A stretch of 32,458 nucleotides of DNA from NCBI GenBank assembly GCA_004322375.1, contig SCUC01000328.1:1-32458 (forward strand), in the 5' to 3' direction. The notes beneath the pieces were generated by a model, which saw only the letters and a list, made by a program, of their open reading frames with translations, searched no databases and had not been told where the DNA came from. This DNA comes from Bacteroidota bacterium. Lineage in GTDB: Bacteria; Bacteroidota; Ignavibacteria; UBA10030; SZUA-254. Below are positions 8,106-16,400 of this stretch, piece after piece. A program made the translations under genes and the position numbers. Every line of letters begins with the position of its first letter. Positions within the stretch are counted from its first letter, which is position 1.

Positions 8106-8466
8106 CGGCGATGCTGTGAGTAAGACTATGCACGGCGTGAGCGGGCTTCAAACGCGCTACAATGCGGTGGAAATCGGTGGGAATTTTTTGAACCAAGATT
8201 GGAACGCACTACTTGAGAATTGCTTAAAACGATTCAAAAATAAAGGGTTGAGTTTGAAGGAAGGGGCAAAAGCAATAGGAATAGACCTCAAAAGCCTGTA
8301 TGAACTCGAAAAAGCTGCCTCCGGACATGAATTCAGTCTCGGTCGAAAAACCGTTTTCAAGATAGAAAAGTATGCGCTGAACACAAAACGGGGACAGCGC
8401 AAGCCCAAGCCGATAAAAAGCATCTGCGCTGTGTGCGGAGTTAGCCATATAAATGGTGAATGGTGA
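8098..8466 (+). CDS. Hypothetical protein with an HTH-like segment.
   Basis: 122 aa containing LSLKEGAKAIGIDLKSLYELEKA and a C-terminal CAVCG. Confidence 0.45.
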   Translation: MRDGDAVSKTMHGVSGLQTRYNAVEIGGNFLNQDWNALLENCLKRFKNKGLSLKEGAKAIGIDLKSLYELEKAASGHEFSLGRKTVFKIEKYALNTKRGQRKPKPIKSICAVCGVSHINGEW

Positions 8467-8493
8467 CCCTTCGACTACGCTCAGGATGACAAA

Positions 8494-8871
8494 ATGAGAG
8501 AGAATTTGAAAGCCATCAACGGCAAGCGGGTACGGGTGAAAGCCGTGTTTAAGAAGTACGGCACGAAGAGGGGCTGGAACGGGCGGGTGCTGAGAACGCT
8601 TCTCTTCGTGGATATACGGGATATGAGCGGTGCGGAAGTGTGCGACCACATCTGGTTCAGCGACGGCGCGATGTTTAACGCCCTGCATCTTGCGCCCGGA
8701 GACGTTGTTTGCTTCGACGCGCGGGTGAAGCCTTACACCAAGGGGTATAAGGGGCAATCCGAGTGGTACAACGACGCTGCTGCGGTCGAGACGGATTACA
8801 AGCTGTCGCATCCGAGCAATTTTAATCTGCAAAGGGCGAACGGGGCGGAAGCGCAGGAGAGTTTATTTTAA
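8494..8871 (+). CDS. Conserved hypothetical phage protein.
   Basis: 125 aa. The pattern VRVKAVF..YG...G....L......G..V.DH.WF....F..L.L.PGD.V.FDARV..Y.KGYKG is one I recognise from phage/plasmid proteins of unknown function. Confidence 0.55.
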   Translation: MRENLKAINGKRVRVKAVFKKYGTKRGWNGRVLRTLLFVDIRDMSGAEVCDHIWFSDGAMFNALHLAPGDVVCFDARVKPYTKGYKGQSEWYNDAAAVETDYKLSHPSNFNLQRANGAEAQESLF

Positions 8872-9095
8872 TGATCTGCCCAAAATGCAAGCGCGACTTA
8901 ACCGACGTGCCGCGGGAAAAGCTTCCCGGATACGTCTATGAAACGGACGACTCGTTCGGTTTGCCGTTCATCCGCAGAGGTCGCGCTTGCACGAATTGCG
9001 GTTTTATTTTTGAAACGGAAGAAACGGCAACCGGCGAGCCGTACCACAAACGGGGTCCAAGGGAATTGCCGGGACAAACAAGGATGGAACTATGA
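8871..9095 (+). CDS. Four-cysteine zinc-ribbon protein.
   Basis: 74 aa containing CPKC...CTNC. The start overlaps the upstream stop. Confidence 0.55.
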   Translation: MICPKCKRDLTDVPREKLPGYVYETDDSFGLPFIRRGRACTNCGFIFETEETATGEPYHKRGPRELPGQTRMEL

Positions 9096-9170
9096 TTAAA
9101 CTGATTGAATGAGAACCCGTCCCGCACTGGCGGGACGAGGCTCGACAAAGTCGGCTATGATTGAAAGTAA

Positions 9171-9536
9171 ATGAGTATGATAATTAGTTTTGCATGGACA
9201 ACGCCCGCGTTTAAGGCGCGGCAAAAAACGGTGACGAGACGGGATTGGTCTGATGAGTATGCAGCGAAGTTTCATAAGTACGATGTCGTCGAGGCATATA
9301 GCAGGCAGACGAGTTTTGGCGGCGTGCCGATTGGGAAGATTCTTATTAAGGAGACACCGTATCGAGAATGGAGCAACCTTGTACCGGAAATTGATTTTGA
9401 AAAAGAAGGGTTCTTATTCTTGGAAATGCAAAAAATAAAATGCGGCAAGTTGACTCCAATGCAAGTGTGGGAGCAATGGTTTGATGAGCCTGAGTTGCTT
9501 TATGTCGTGCGGTTCGAAATTATCGAGGTTTTTTAA
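9171..9536 (+). CDS. ASCH/PUA-like domain protein (tentative).
   Basis: 121 aa. The N-terminus ISFAWTTPAFKARQKTVTRRDW is typical of a phage ASCH-like family as I recall it. Confidence 0.45.
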   Translation: MSMIISFAWTTPAFKARQKTVTRRDWSDEYAAKFHKYDVVEAYSRQTSFGGVPIGKILIKETPYREWSNLVPEIDFEKEGFLFLEMQKIKCGKLTPMQVWEQWFDEPELLYVVRFEIIEVF

Positions 9537-10330
9537 TGTCCCGTCCAAAAATTAATACCATCCGCGAACGTGTTGCCGTTGACCTGGCAGAGAACGCGAT
9601 GCAGTATAAGCGGGCGTTGCTGCGTGAGATTGACGCGCTCTGGAGAGCAAGCGGTGGCACTTCGACTTCGCTCAGTGTGACGGAGCGTGAGGAGCGGTTG
9701 GAAGTGTTGATAAAAAAAGTCTCAGCCCAATTTAAGATTAAGCCGGCGGCGCAAAAGCTGCTGACCGATGAGGTGAAGCAAGCGCAGGCGGAGATTAAGG
9801 AAGTTTGGGCTGATTACTTTAGGGATAGAGCGGTGAGTCCCGCAAGCGGGATAAACTCCGAGCATGGAGCGGGGGTGATAAAACTAAAGCCGGGAGAGTA
9901 TGAGAAGCTGCGCTCGCTGTACAAGGTTGATTTTAAGGGACTGCAGGATGAGCAGCGCGAAATTATCATGGAGGAGGTGCGTAAGGCGGTGGGCGCGGGC
10001 AAGGGCTTTACGGATTTACGCGACGCGCTGGGCAAGCGTGGCATGGGAGCCGCACACGCGGAGACGCTCGCGAATACATCGCTTGCGGCTTTTGACAACG
10101 CTATCCATGTTGAGTTCGCTACACAATCAGGAATAACCAAATTTAAGTACGATGGTCCGGTAAATGCTACGACACGCCCGTTTTGCCGGGAACATGCCGG
10201 GAAAATATATACGATAGCGGAGCTAGACGCAATGGATAATGGCCAGGGGTTAAAGCCTACTTCCGTGTACCTAGGGGGATATCGTTGCCAACATTATCTT
10301 ACCGCACAGGTGGATGGACTGAGTGATTGA
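9536..10330 (+). CDS. Head morphogenesis protein, Mu gpF / SPP1 gp7 family.
   Basis: 264 aa. The C-terminal pattern HAETLANTSLAAFDNA...KFKYDGPVNATTRPFCREHAGKIYTIAELD is typical of the Mu F domain. Confidence 0.75.
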   Translation: MSRPKINTIRERVAVDLAENAMQYKRALLREIDALWRASGGTSTSLSVTEREERLEVLIKKVSAQFKIKPAAQKLLTDEVKQAQAEIKEVWADYFRDRAVSPASGINSEHGAGVIKLKPGEYEKLRSLYKVDFKGLQDEQREIIMEEVRKAVGAGKGFTDLRDALGKRGMGAAHAETLANTSLAAFDNAIHVEFATQSGITKFKYDGPVNATTRPFCREHAGKIYTIAELDAMDNGQGLKPTSVYLGGYRCQHYLTAQVDGLSD

Positions 10331-10331
10331 T

Positions 10332-10360
10332 TTGACTTTTGTTGTTGCCTTTTGTATATT
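10332..10360 (+). promoter_or_regulatory. Near-consensus sigma70-type promoter TTGACT-17 nt-TATATT.
   Basis: -35 at 10332-10337 and -10 at 10355-10360, with exactly 17 nt between. It starts right after the gpF-like stop. Confidence 0.7.
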
Positions 10361-10366
10361 GCCCTT

Positions 10367-10501
10367 GTCCAAAGTAACCAAAGGCGGAAAATCCGCCTCC
10401 GCAAGTGCGGTGTTTTAGTTTTATTACCGCCAGTATCATCACACTTGTTGTGGTGGAGCCCACCTTTGGTGGCTTTGGACGTACTGGCGGTATATTATTT
10501 T
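10367..10501 (+). ncRNA. Structured leader or small RNA candidate with alternative folds (attenuator-like).
   Basis: Complementary segments: 10367-10374/10473-10480 (8 bp), 10377-10384/10463-10470 (8 bp) and 10425-10435/10482-10492 (11 bp, followed by a U-rich tract). Local hairpins lie at 10383-10397, 10399-10410 and 10452-10464. Confidence 0.35.
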
Positions 10502-10535
10502 AAACACAAATGTCCAAATAACTAAAGGAGTTTCT

Positions 10536-10814
10536 ATGAAACAGAAACTTAATAAGGAGAGAATCATTGAAATGATTCTTGATTTTTATAAGAAAAATGG
10601 GAGAGTACCATCTAAAAGAGATTTTTGTAAACACAAGGGATATTGCAGTAACGCCACTGTGTATAAAATCTTTGGGAATTGGAATAATGCAATCCGCTCA
10701 AGTGGTTTGCCAACAAACCCTGCGTGGAAACCAGTTGTATTTCCAAAATGGTTATGCCTACTTAGACTTATTGTTATCAAAATAGAACAATATTATAAAA
10801 AGGAGGCACAGTAA
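10536..10814 (+). CDS. Protein with one homing-endonuclease-associated (HNH_repeat-type) repeat and no nuclease domain.
   Basis: 92 aa with strong SD AAGGAG. ERIIEMILDFYKKNGRVPSKRDFCKHKGYCSNATVYKIFGNWNNAIRSSGL matches the repeat consensus (..GR.P......... ......FGSW..A...AGL). Confidence 0.6.
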   Translation: MKQKLNKERIIEMILDFYKKNGRVPSKRDFCKHKGYCSNATVYKIFGNWNNAIRSSGLPTNPAWKPVVFPKWLCLLRLIVIKIEQYYKKEAQ

Positions 10815-11062
10815 TGTACTTTACATCACAATCACCCGAAACAACGCCGGAGGCAAAGCTGTTTAATTGCCGAAACGAATTAGACGCTTTGAACGAAGTG
10901 TTCGATACCCTTCACAGAAGCATAGAATCAAACGAAGATGAATATTATCGTTCCGACGGCTGGCTCGTTATGCTCATCCAAAACGATTTAGAAGAGATCA
11001 AAAAAAACATTTCAGAAGTGCAAGAAGAACTTTATCCGATAGGGAAAGGAGATGCGTTATGA
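10814..11062 (+). CDS. Small, strongly acidic hypothetical protein.
   Basis: 82 aa with SD AAGGAGG 7 nt upstream. By my count it has 18 D/E against 7 K/R. Confidence 0.55.
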   Translation: MYFTSQSPETTPEAKLFNCRNELDALNEVFDTLHRSIESNEDEYYRSDGWLVMLIQNDLEEIKKNISEVQEELYPIGKGDAL

Positions 11063-11541
11063 AAGAAGTAAATTGGAGCGGCAAAAAGTGGACTAAGCAG
11101 GAACTCATAGAAGCTGTGAAAAGTTTTTATCAGGCACATGGAAGGGTTCCCCGCGCCCGTGAGTTTACAGCAAAAAACAATTACCCATCTCGCGGAGCTT
11201 TTAGCAGACAATTCGGTAGTTTCTCTAATGGCGTAAGAGCGGCGGGTTACGAGCCGACAAAGCCCGGCGACTATTCTACGCGTACCGATGAACCTTATTG
11301 GACGGAGGAAAAAATATTAAATGCTATACTGGCATATCAGGACAGAACGGGAACAATTCTTACTGATAGGAAATTGCGTTATAAAATGATACCGGGATTA
11401 CCAGCAAGAAATACTATAAGGAAGCATTTCGGGACTATACTAAAGGCCCGGGCAAAAGCACAGAAGTTAAAAAAACTTACAGAGACATTGAAACGTGTAC
11501 AGAAGAAAATTGATAAATTATTAAAGGGGAATAATGAATAA
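11059..11541 (+). CDS. Protein with two homing-endonuclease-associated repeats and a basic C-terminal tail, without a nuclease domain.
   Basis: 160 aa with SD AAGGAG. Repeats are QELIEAVKSFYQAHGRVPRAREF...FSRQFGSFSNGVRAAGY and EKILNAILAYQDRTGTIL...IRKHFGTILKARAKA. Confidence 0.6.
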   Translation: MKEVNWSGKKWTKQELIEAVKSFYQAHGRVPRAREFTAKNNYPSRGAFSRQFGSFSNGVRAAGYEPTKPGDYSTRTDEPYWTEEKILNAILAYQDRTGTILTDRKLRYKMIPGLPARNTIRKHFGTILKARAKAQKLKKLTETLKRVQKKIDKLLKGNNE

Positions 11542-11711
11542 ATTGACGCTGGACAGGGGCAGGTTCCGGCAGTGGTGGCAAATGTTTGGAATTTATTGAT
11601 ACATCCTCCCTCTCCGTTTACCGGTTAAACGGAGAATCGTCCGGCAACGTTTGCGGTACGCCTCCCAACTACTTTACCAGCGAAAAAGCCGGAGAATAAC
11701 TACCCTCCGAT

Positions 11712-11757
11712 AAATCCCGTCCGTGGTGATAAACATTCATACGGGCGGGATTTTTTT
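11712..11757 (+). terminator. Rho-independent terminator at the convergence point of the cassette and the minus-strand late block.
   Basis: Stem AAATCCCGTCCGT (11712-11724) / ACGGGCGGGATTT (11741-11753, one G-U pair) followed by a T7 run. Confidence 0.7.
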
Positions 11758-12349
11758 ATGATAAGACTTTTAACAAATTTTTCGAGATAGTTTCCCCGGC
11801 GAGCTTGGTGAGGCGCTCCCGCTCTTCTTTTGATAAATCGAAAAAAACATGCTTGCGACGAGATTTCCCTGCCCCCTCGATGTTGTGATAGCGGGCGATG
11901 CGTTCAGCGTCCGTGTCGGGGAATCCTACATCGGCGCCCGAGTCGTCTTTCCTGATTAAACCCAGGTTCCGCATCAGCCTGCCCGTCCAGCTCATCACCA
12001 CATGATCGCTGAACTTGCCCGCGAGCTTGCGAAACTCTTTATATCCTCCCTGCACGATGATCCACGTGTTGCCGCTCTTAGCGGTAAACAGAACATACTT
12101 GTCTTTATTTTGCGCCTGCTCTTTTGTGAGCTTCGCTTTTACATTTGCCTGGAACTTCGCGAACGGGAGCGGGAGCGGCGTGACGGAGTACTGCTCGGCG
12201 CCGGGGCTTGAGCCTTCGAGATACTTGCCGTCGAGCGTCCGTTTACGGATGATGGCAATAACTCCGGAAGAGAGACGGAGCAATACCACTTCGTCAATAA
12301 TTTTGTTGGGAAGGTTGTCGAGCTTCCGTTCAAGTTCTTCGGTTGTCAT
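11756..12349 (-). CDS. Virion morphogenesis protein, Mu gpG-like (tentative).
   Basis: 197 aa directly downstream of the portal gene. Segments SWTGRLMRNL and YHNIEGAGKSRRKHVFFDLSKEE resemble the gpG/tail-completion family. Confidence 0.5.
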   Translation of the reverse strand: MTTEELERKLDNLPNKIIDEVVLLRLSSGVIAIIRKRTLDGKYLEGSSPGAEQYSVTPLPLPFAKFQANVKAKLTKEQAQNKDKYVLFTAKSGNTWIIVQGGYKEFRKLAGKFSDHVVMSWTGRLMRNLGLIRKDDSGADVGFPDTDAERIARYHNIEGAGKSRRKHVFFDLSKEERERLTKLAGETISKNLLKVLS

Positions 12350-12394
12350 AACCCTTCCTTATTCCTTCCCTTGTTAAGGGAAGCAGAATTCAAT

Positions 12395-13594
12395 TTATTC
12401 GAGGATTTCATCTGTCTCGGCGGGAGGGGTGAAACCGGTTTTCCGGTAAGCTTCGTCTTTCCGGATTTTCATCCCGGCGTCTTTCATGTTCAGGATTACC
12501 CGGCTGTTTGTCTCGGTGTCCCCGATCTCGTCCACGTTGAAGCGGAGGACGTAGGGGCATAGTTCCGCTGTGGAATAATTTTGAGCGAAGTCTTGCGCAA
12601 GGTACTGGTCGGTGATGATCTCCTGTACGAGCATGATGTCGCCATAGAGATAATCCTCCCGGACGAAATTTCCGGCGAGAGCTTTTGCGTAGTTGCTCCC
12701 GACCTTGGAATCCGTCGTCATCGCCTGTCCGAGGATGCTGATGCTTTGTTTGTCTTCGATAAGCGCGACAAACTGTTTGTGCATTTCAACAATGCCGGAG
12801 CGCTGTGCCTCGAGAAGGTTCAGCTTCACGTCGTCCGAGAATGCGGCGCGGGAACTCGAAGAGAGAGCGTCAAGCCCGTCAACGATTGTCTGAATCTCGT
12901 CGGGGTCAGCCCCCTTGATGTACTGCGCGTACAAGAGCGGGTCGCCGAACTTTTTGTTCGCCATGGACCACTGGAACATGTCGTCGTACTTGAGCCAGGC
13001 GTAAATCATATTGATGCGCGCAAAAGAACCGGTGAAGTTCTCGTCAACGCCGTCGAGCGGGTTGGCGCGTATGATGATGTGCGTCGCCGGGTCGAGAGGC
13101 TTGGAGGTGAACGCCTGCGACTTCGTATCTGTATCAATGAAGAGCAAGCCATTAAGCGACTTCGTATCAATGTCGAGCTCGGTGAGGTTATACTTTTGAA
13201 CGGAAGCAACGCGCGTTCCGAGCAACGAATCGTTTTGCCAGACAAGACGAACCGCCCCCTGCCCGAAGATATACGCGTTGACAATGTTGCCGAAAAGCTT
13301 GCTGATGCCGGACTTGACCATCCTTGACCGTATTTGCTCGATGCGTTTCTTGTCTGCGTCTTTTGCCGTCAAGCCTTCGAGCATGTCAATGCGCCGCTGG
13401 AACCCTGTAAGAGCGAGCTTGCGGGTTTGGAGCAGCCCCATAAAGTGTGGGTCAATCTGACCGATTTGCATCAGCCAGGACATGAGCGGGCGCACATCGC
13501 GGGTTGCATCGGTTGCGTTCGCGGATTGCACGTATTTGGCAAGCCGCGTGAGTTCGGGGGTAAGCTTGGTTGCGAGGTCGGAGTTGATGTACAT
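12395..13594 (-). CDS. Portal protein (Mu gp29/DUF935-like).
   Basis: 399 aa immediately downstream of the large terminase. The call rests on size, position and an acidic C-terminus, not on a verified motif. Confidence 0.7.
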   Translation of the reverse strand: MYINSDLATKLTPELTRLAKYVQSANATDATRDVRPLMSWLMQIGQIDPHFMGLLQTRKLALTGFQRRIDMLEGLTAKDADKKRIEQIRSRMVKSGISKLFGNIVNAYIFGQGAVRLVWQNDSLLGTRVASVQKYNLTELDIDTKSLNGLLFIDTDTKSQAFTSKPLDPATHIIIRANPLDGVDENFTGSFARINMIYAWLKYDDMFQWSMANKKFGDPLLYAQYIKGADPDEIQTIVDGLDALSSSSRAAFSDDVKLNLLEAQRSGIVEMHKQFVALIEDKQSISILGQAMTTDSKVGSNYAKALAGNFVREDYLYGDIMLVQEIITDQYLAQDFAQNYSTAELCPYVLRFNVDEIGDTETNSRVILNMKDAGMKIRKDEAYRKTGFTPPAETDEILE

Positions 13595-13597
13595 AAT

Positions 13598-13643
13598 CAG
13601 TAGCCAGTATGTTAGTAGTCAGTATGTCAGTATGTCAGTGATT
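13598..13643. repeat. 8-mer microrepeat filling the TerL-portal junction: CAGTATGT at 13605, 13620 and 13628, with variants at 13598, 13613 and 13636.
   Basis: Read directly. In the gene (minus) sense it reads ACATACTG, so TGA recurs every 8 nt. Confidence 0.8.
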
Positions 13644-15363
13644 AGAGTCTTCCAGTGACGGAGCGTTTTGAGAGAGAGAGAATTTTTTTGTCGCTTTTGC
13701 CGCGCGGGGATGGCTTGAATATTTCATGGAGCATCTCGAACGCGCTGATGAGCGAGTCGGGAGCGTCATCCTGCTTGTTTGCTTTCTTCCCGCGAAACGA
13801 AAACAATTGATCGGTGTAGAGCTTGCCGTGAACGAGGTCGCGAAATTTAGGCGGAAAAAAAAGCGTCCCGTTTTGGTAAGCGGTCTGAGCGCCCTTTGTG
13901 ATGTCGTCCACGCGGTAACGCTTGTAATGAATGGGCGGCACGGGGTGATTGTGAAGTAGCGCGAAGTTGCGAACATGGTTTGTCCAGGTTGATTCGTTCG
14001 CAACGTTCCCATCAAAGCCAAGATGCCTGCCGCTCACGAGATCGGATGTAAGCCCGCGCATGACGAGAATATCCATGAGGAGCTTGTCGCTGTCGCTGTA
14101 TGATTGGCAAATTGCGTTCACGATATAATAATTCATCGTTGAGGGAGACCATGCGAGGCAGGTCGCTGCGGTGGTATCCCCCTTCCCTTTCAGAGCGCAA
14201 TTCGGGTCGGTGAAGATGACGCCTTTCAGATCCCTGGGGAGCATTTCCCATTCCCGGTAATATGTGTCGGGGAAAATGTCGCCGGACTTAACTGTCGGCT
14301 TCCCTTGGAAGTTGCCATTCCAATCATACTGGTCTTTCGGTTTGCACAGAGATTTGAGCTCGGATTCGGAAGAGGCGGGGTAACGCTCGGGCCATAAGCT
14401 ACCACACACCCCCTCCCCCGTCTCTAGAGGGGAATTACTCTCAGCCAGAGGCTGATCTCCGCTCCGCTCCGACCATGCGGGGAAGATATGAAGCTCGAAC
14501 TGATCGGAGAGGATGCCGTTCTCCTGCTCCCGTACCAGATGGTTCATGGCGCATCGGGCGTCGAAGTTGTTCCCTTCCCAGAGGAGCGTGCCGTCATCGG
14601 TGAGAGAGGTGCGCATCTCGTTGATCTTGTCAATACGCGCAGCGATGGAGTCGGAAGTAAACGAGCTCGTGAGGTTCTCGACATCGGTGAGGTAAATGTA
14701 ATCGAGACGGAGGATGAAGCCGCGCTGCAGTCCGCGCGTGGAACGGTCGAGCGAAATGGCAGAGATGTACGTCCCTTTCGGGTTCGCGTTTGTCTGCAAA
14801 AAGAGGGTGTCTTCGTTCGCCTGATTCCATTTCATTTCATAATCGTGGCAGAGACGCGGGTTTGTCTCGAAGAAGAGCACGATGTCGGCAAGCGAATTTG
14901 CAGCAGGCGTTAGGGTTTCGCATCCTAGCGCCATATACCGGCGCGTACCATGCAGCAAGTCGTACGCGAACTTCTTTTTCAGGGTCGCCGTTTTTGCAAA
15001 GCCGCGGGGACCGTGAACGACATGCGCCTTTTTGTCGCGCCTCTCGTTGATGCGGACGATCTCGCGGTGGAACTCGCCGATCGGGGAATAGTCGTCGTAC
15101 ATTTCAGGAGGAAAGTAGGTTATATCCCAGAACCAAAAATCAGACAACGAGGCAATGAGCCGTGAGCGTTGAGCGGCGGGTGTTGCGTCTTCGCCGGCGA
15201 AGGGAGCGACGGGCTTGAGCAGGGCGTCAAGCTCCCGTTGCTTTTGTTCGGCTTCCGCCCGTTCTGCCTGCTTCTGCAAGCGGAGAGATTCCCTCTGATT
15301 CTTCTCGGCGAGCTTTCGAAGGTTATCGAGGACTTCACGTCCTGTGGTGAATGTGCTGCTCAT
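13642..15363 (-). CDS. Terminase large subunit.
   Basis: 573 aa with a Walker A-like GPRGFAKT and a later acidic DYIYLTDVE. The C-terminal nuclease-like region contains IFTDPNCALKGKGDTTA. Gene order is TerS-like/TerL/portal. Confidence 0.88.
   Translation of the reverse strand: MSSTFTTGREVLDNLRKLAEKNQRESLRLQKQAERAEAEQKQRELDALLKPVAPFAGEDATPAAQRSRLIASLSDFWFWDITYFPPEMYDDYSPIGEFHREIVRINERRDKKAHVVHGPRGFAKTATLKKKFAYDLLHGTRRYMALGCETLTPAANSLADIVLFFETNPRLCHDYEMKWNQANEDTLFLQTNANPKGTYISAISLDRSTRGLQRGFILRLDYIYLTDVENLTSSFTSDSIAARIDKINEMRTSLTDDGTLLWEGNNFDARCAMNHLVREQENGILSDQFELHIFPAWSERSGDQPLAESNSPLETGEGVCGSLWPERYPASSESELKSLCKPKDQYDWNGNFQGKPTVKSGDIFPDTYYREWEMLPRDLKGVIFTDPNCALKGKGDTTAATCLAWSPSTMNYYIVNAICQSYSDSDKLLMDILVMRGLTSDLVSGRHLGFDGNVANESTWTNHVRNFALLHNHPVPPIHYKRYRVDDITKGAQTAYQNGTLFFPPKFRDLVHGKLYTDQLFSFRGKKANKQDDAPDSLISAFEMLHEIFKPSPRGKSDKKILSLSKRSVTGRL
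14404..14471 (+). repeat. Composite REP-like cluster lying in-frame inside the terminase gene. It comprises copy B of the ACACACCCC...AGAGGGGAATTA element (14404-14437), the hairpin TCAGCC-AGA-GGCTGA (14441-14455) and CTCCG x3.
   Basis: It has the same sequence family and the same plus-strand orientation as the intergenic copies. It encodes ..ERSGDQPLAESNSPLETGEGVCG.. on the minus strand. Confidence 0.8.
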
Positions 15364-15971
15364 TGACCTGCCTTCTCGTACCGTTCGAGCTCTTCCGAGT
15401 AAATCAGGATAACCTCCTCGTCGGAAGCGTCGGGCTTGAAGCGGCGAATGAGCTGCGCTATAATTTCAGCGTCGCCGCGTTTCAGTTTATTTTGCATTTC
15501 GCGGTTGTGAATGTCCTTCAAAATTACGGAGCAATCTTTGAGCGCTTTGACGGATTCTTCCGGAGGAAGCGTCGAGGAGTTTATCTTCTCAAGCGTTCTT
15601 AGAGTTTGGAATTTCAGGAAGTCGTCCGGGTCGCTGAATGCTGAAAGGTCTGTCGGGTTTTCGGCGTCGTCAATCGGGGCGCCGAATTTGCGCCTCTGTC
15701 CTTTGTCGCGGCGCGGGCGGTAGTTCGATTTTGAACGACCGGCAATGCAATTATAGACCTGCCAGTAGCTGAGGTTGATCTCCGCCATAATTTCTTTTAT
15801 GGTTTTTCCCTGGTTGAAAAGGGTAATCGCTTTTTTGCGGTTGGGAATTGTTGACCAGCGCTTCCCTTTTGTCCCGCCGTTGTTGTTCAATTTCACTTGC
15901 GTGGCAGAGGCTGTTTTTTTATTCTCTCCGCCAGAGGCGGATTTCACTTCGTTCAACATTCTTATTCCCAT
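15360..15971 (-). CDS. Terminase small subunit-like HTH protein.
   Basis: 203 aa with a basic N-terminus and HTH GKTIKEIMAEINLSYWQVYNCIAG. It has an ATGA-type overlap with TerL at 15360-15363. Confidence 0.55.
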   Translation of the reverse strand: MGIRMLNEVKSASGGENKKTASATQVKLNNNGGTKGKRWSTIPNRKKAITLFNQGKTIKEIMAEINLSYWQVYNCIAGRSKSNYRPRRDKGQRRKFGAPIDDAENPTDLSAFSDPDDFLKFQTLRTLEKINSSTLPPEESVKALKDCSVILKDIHNREMQNKLKRGDAEIIAQLIRRFKPDASDEEVILIYSEELERYEKAGQ

Positions 15972-16393
15972 TTATTGAGGTGAAAGCGGCAACGGATTGT
16001 GACGACGCTTTCCGCGGCGGTCTTTTTCAAAATCTGAAAAGGCTGCGAGCGCGGTTGAAGCACGAACTTCGAGCCGTCAATCGTAAAGGCTGTCTCTGTG
16101 ACGAGCTTGAATGTTTTGAACGCAATCGTCCACGCTGCTGAGGAGGATTCTTGCACAGTTTGACCCTGAGCGGAAACGATGAGCATCACAAGCTCGAAGG
16201 GAACTGCAATGGACTTTGTATGCAGGTTGCCCTGTGATTCTTCGACCGTATCAATGTACAGTCCGATGTATGGCGGCTCGAACGTAGAGGGTACCTCTTC
16301 GCCGATCTCGCCGGCGGACTCGATTCCAAGCTCGAGCTTGTTCGTGTTGAGCAGCGTGGCTACTGCTTCGGCGACTGTGTCGGGGATAATCAT
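15962..16393 (-). CDS. Hypothetical head-completion/neck protein.
   Basis: 143 aa lying between the connector-like gene and the TerS-like gene. No motif recognised. Confidence 0.4.
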   Translation of the reverse strand: MIIPDTVAEAVATLLNTNKLELGIESAGEIGEEVPSTFEPPYIGLYIDTVEESQGNLHTKSIAVPFELVMLIVSAQGQTVQESSSAAWTIAFKTFKLVTETAFTIDGSKFVLQPRSQPFQILKKTAAESVVTIRCRFHLNKWE

Positions 16394-16400
16394 TTGTCTT

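Noticed and set aside
12581-14913. Long plus-strand ORFs (12581..13327, 248 aa; 14488..14913, 141 aa) opposite the portal and terminase genes.
   Set aside because: The minus-strand ORFs carry recognisable terminase motifs and an operon-like arrangement. The plus-strand translations are Arg/Val/Leu-rich with no motif, RBS or genomic logic.
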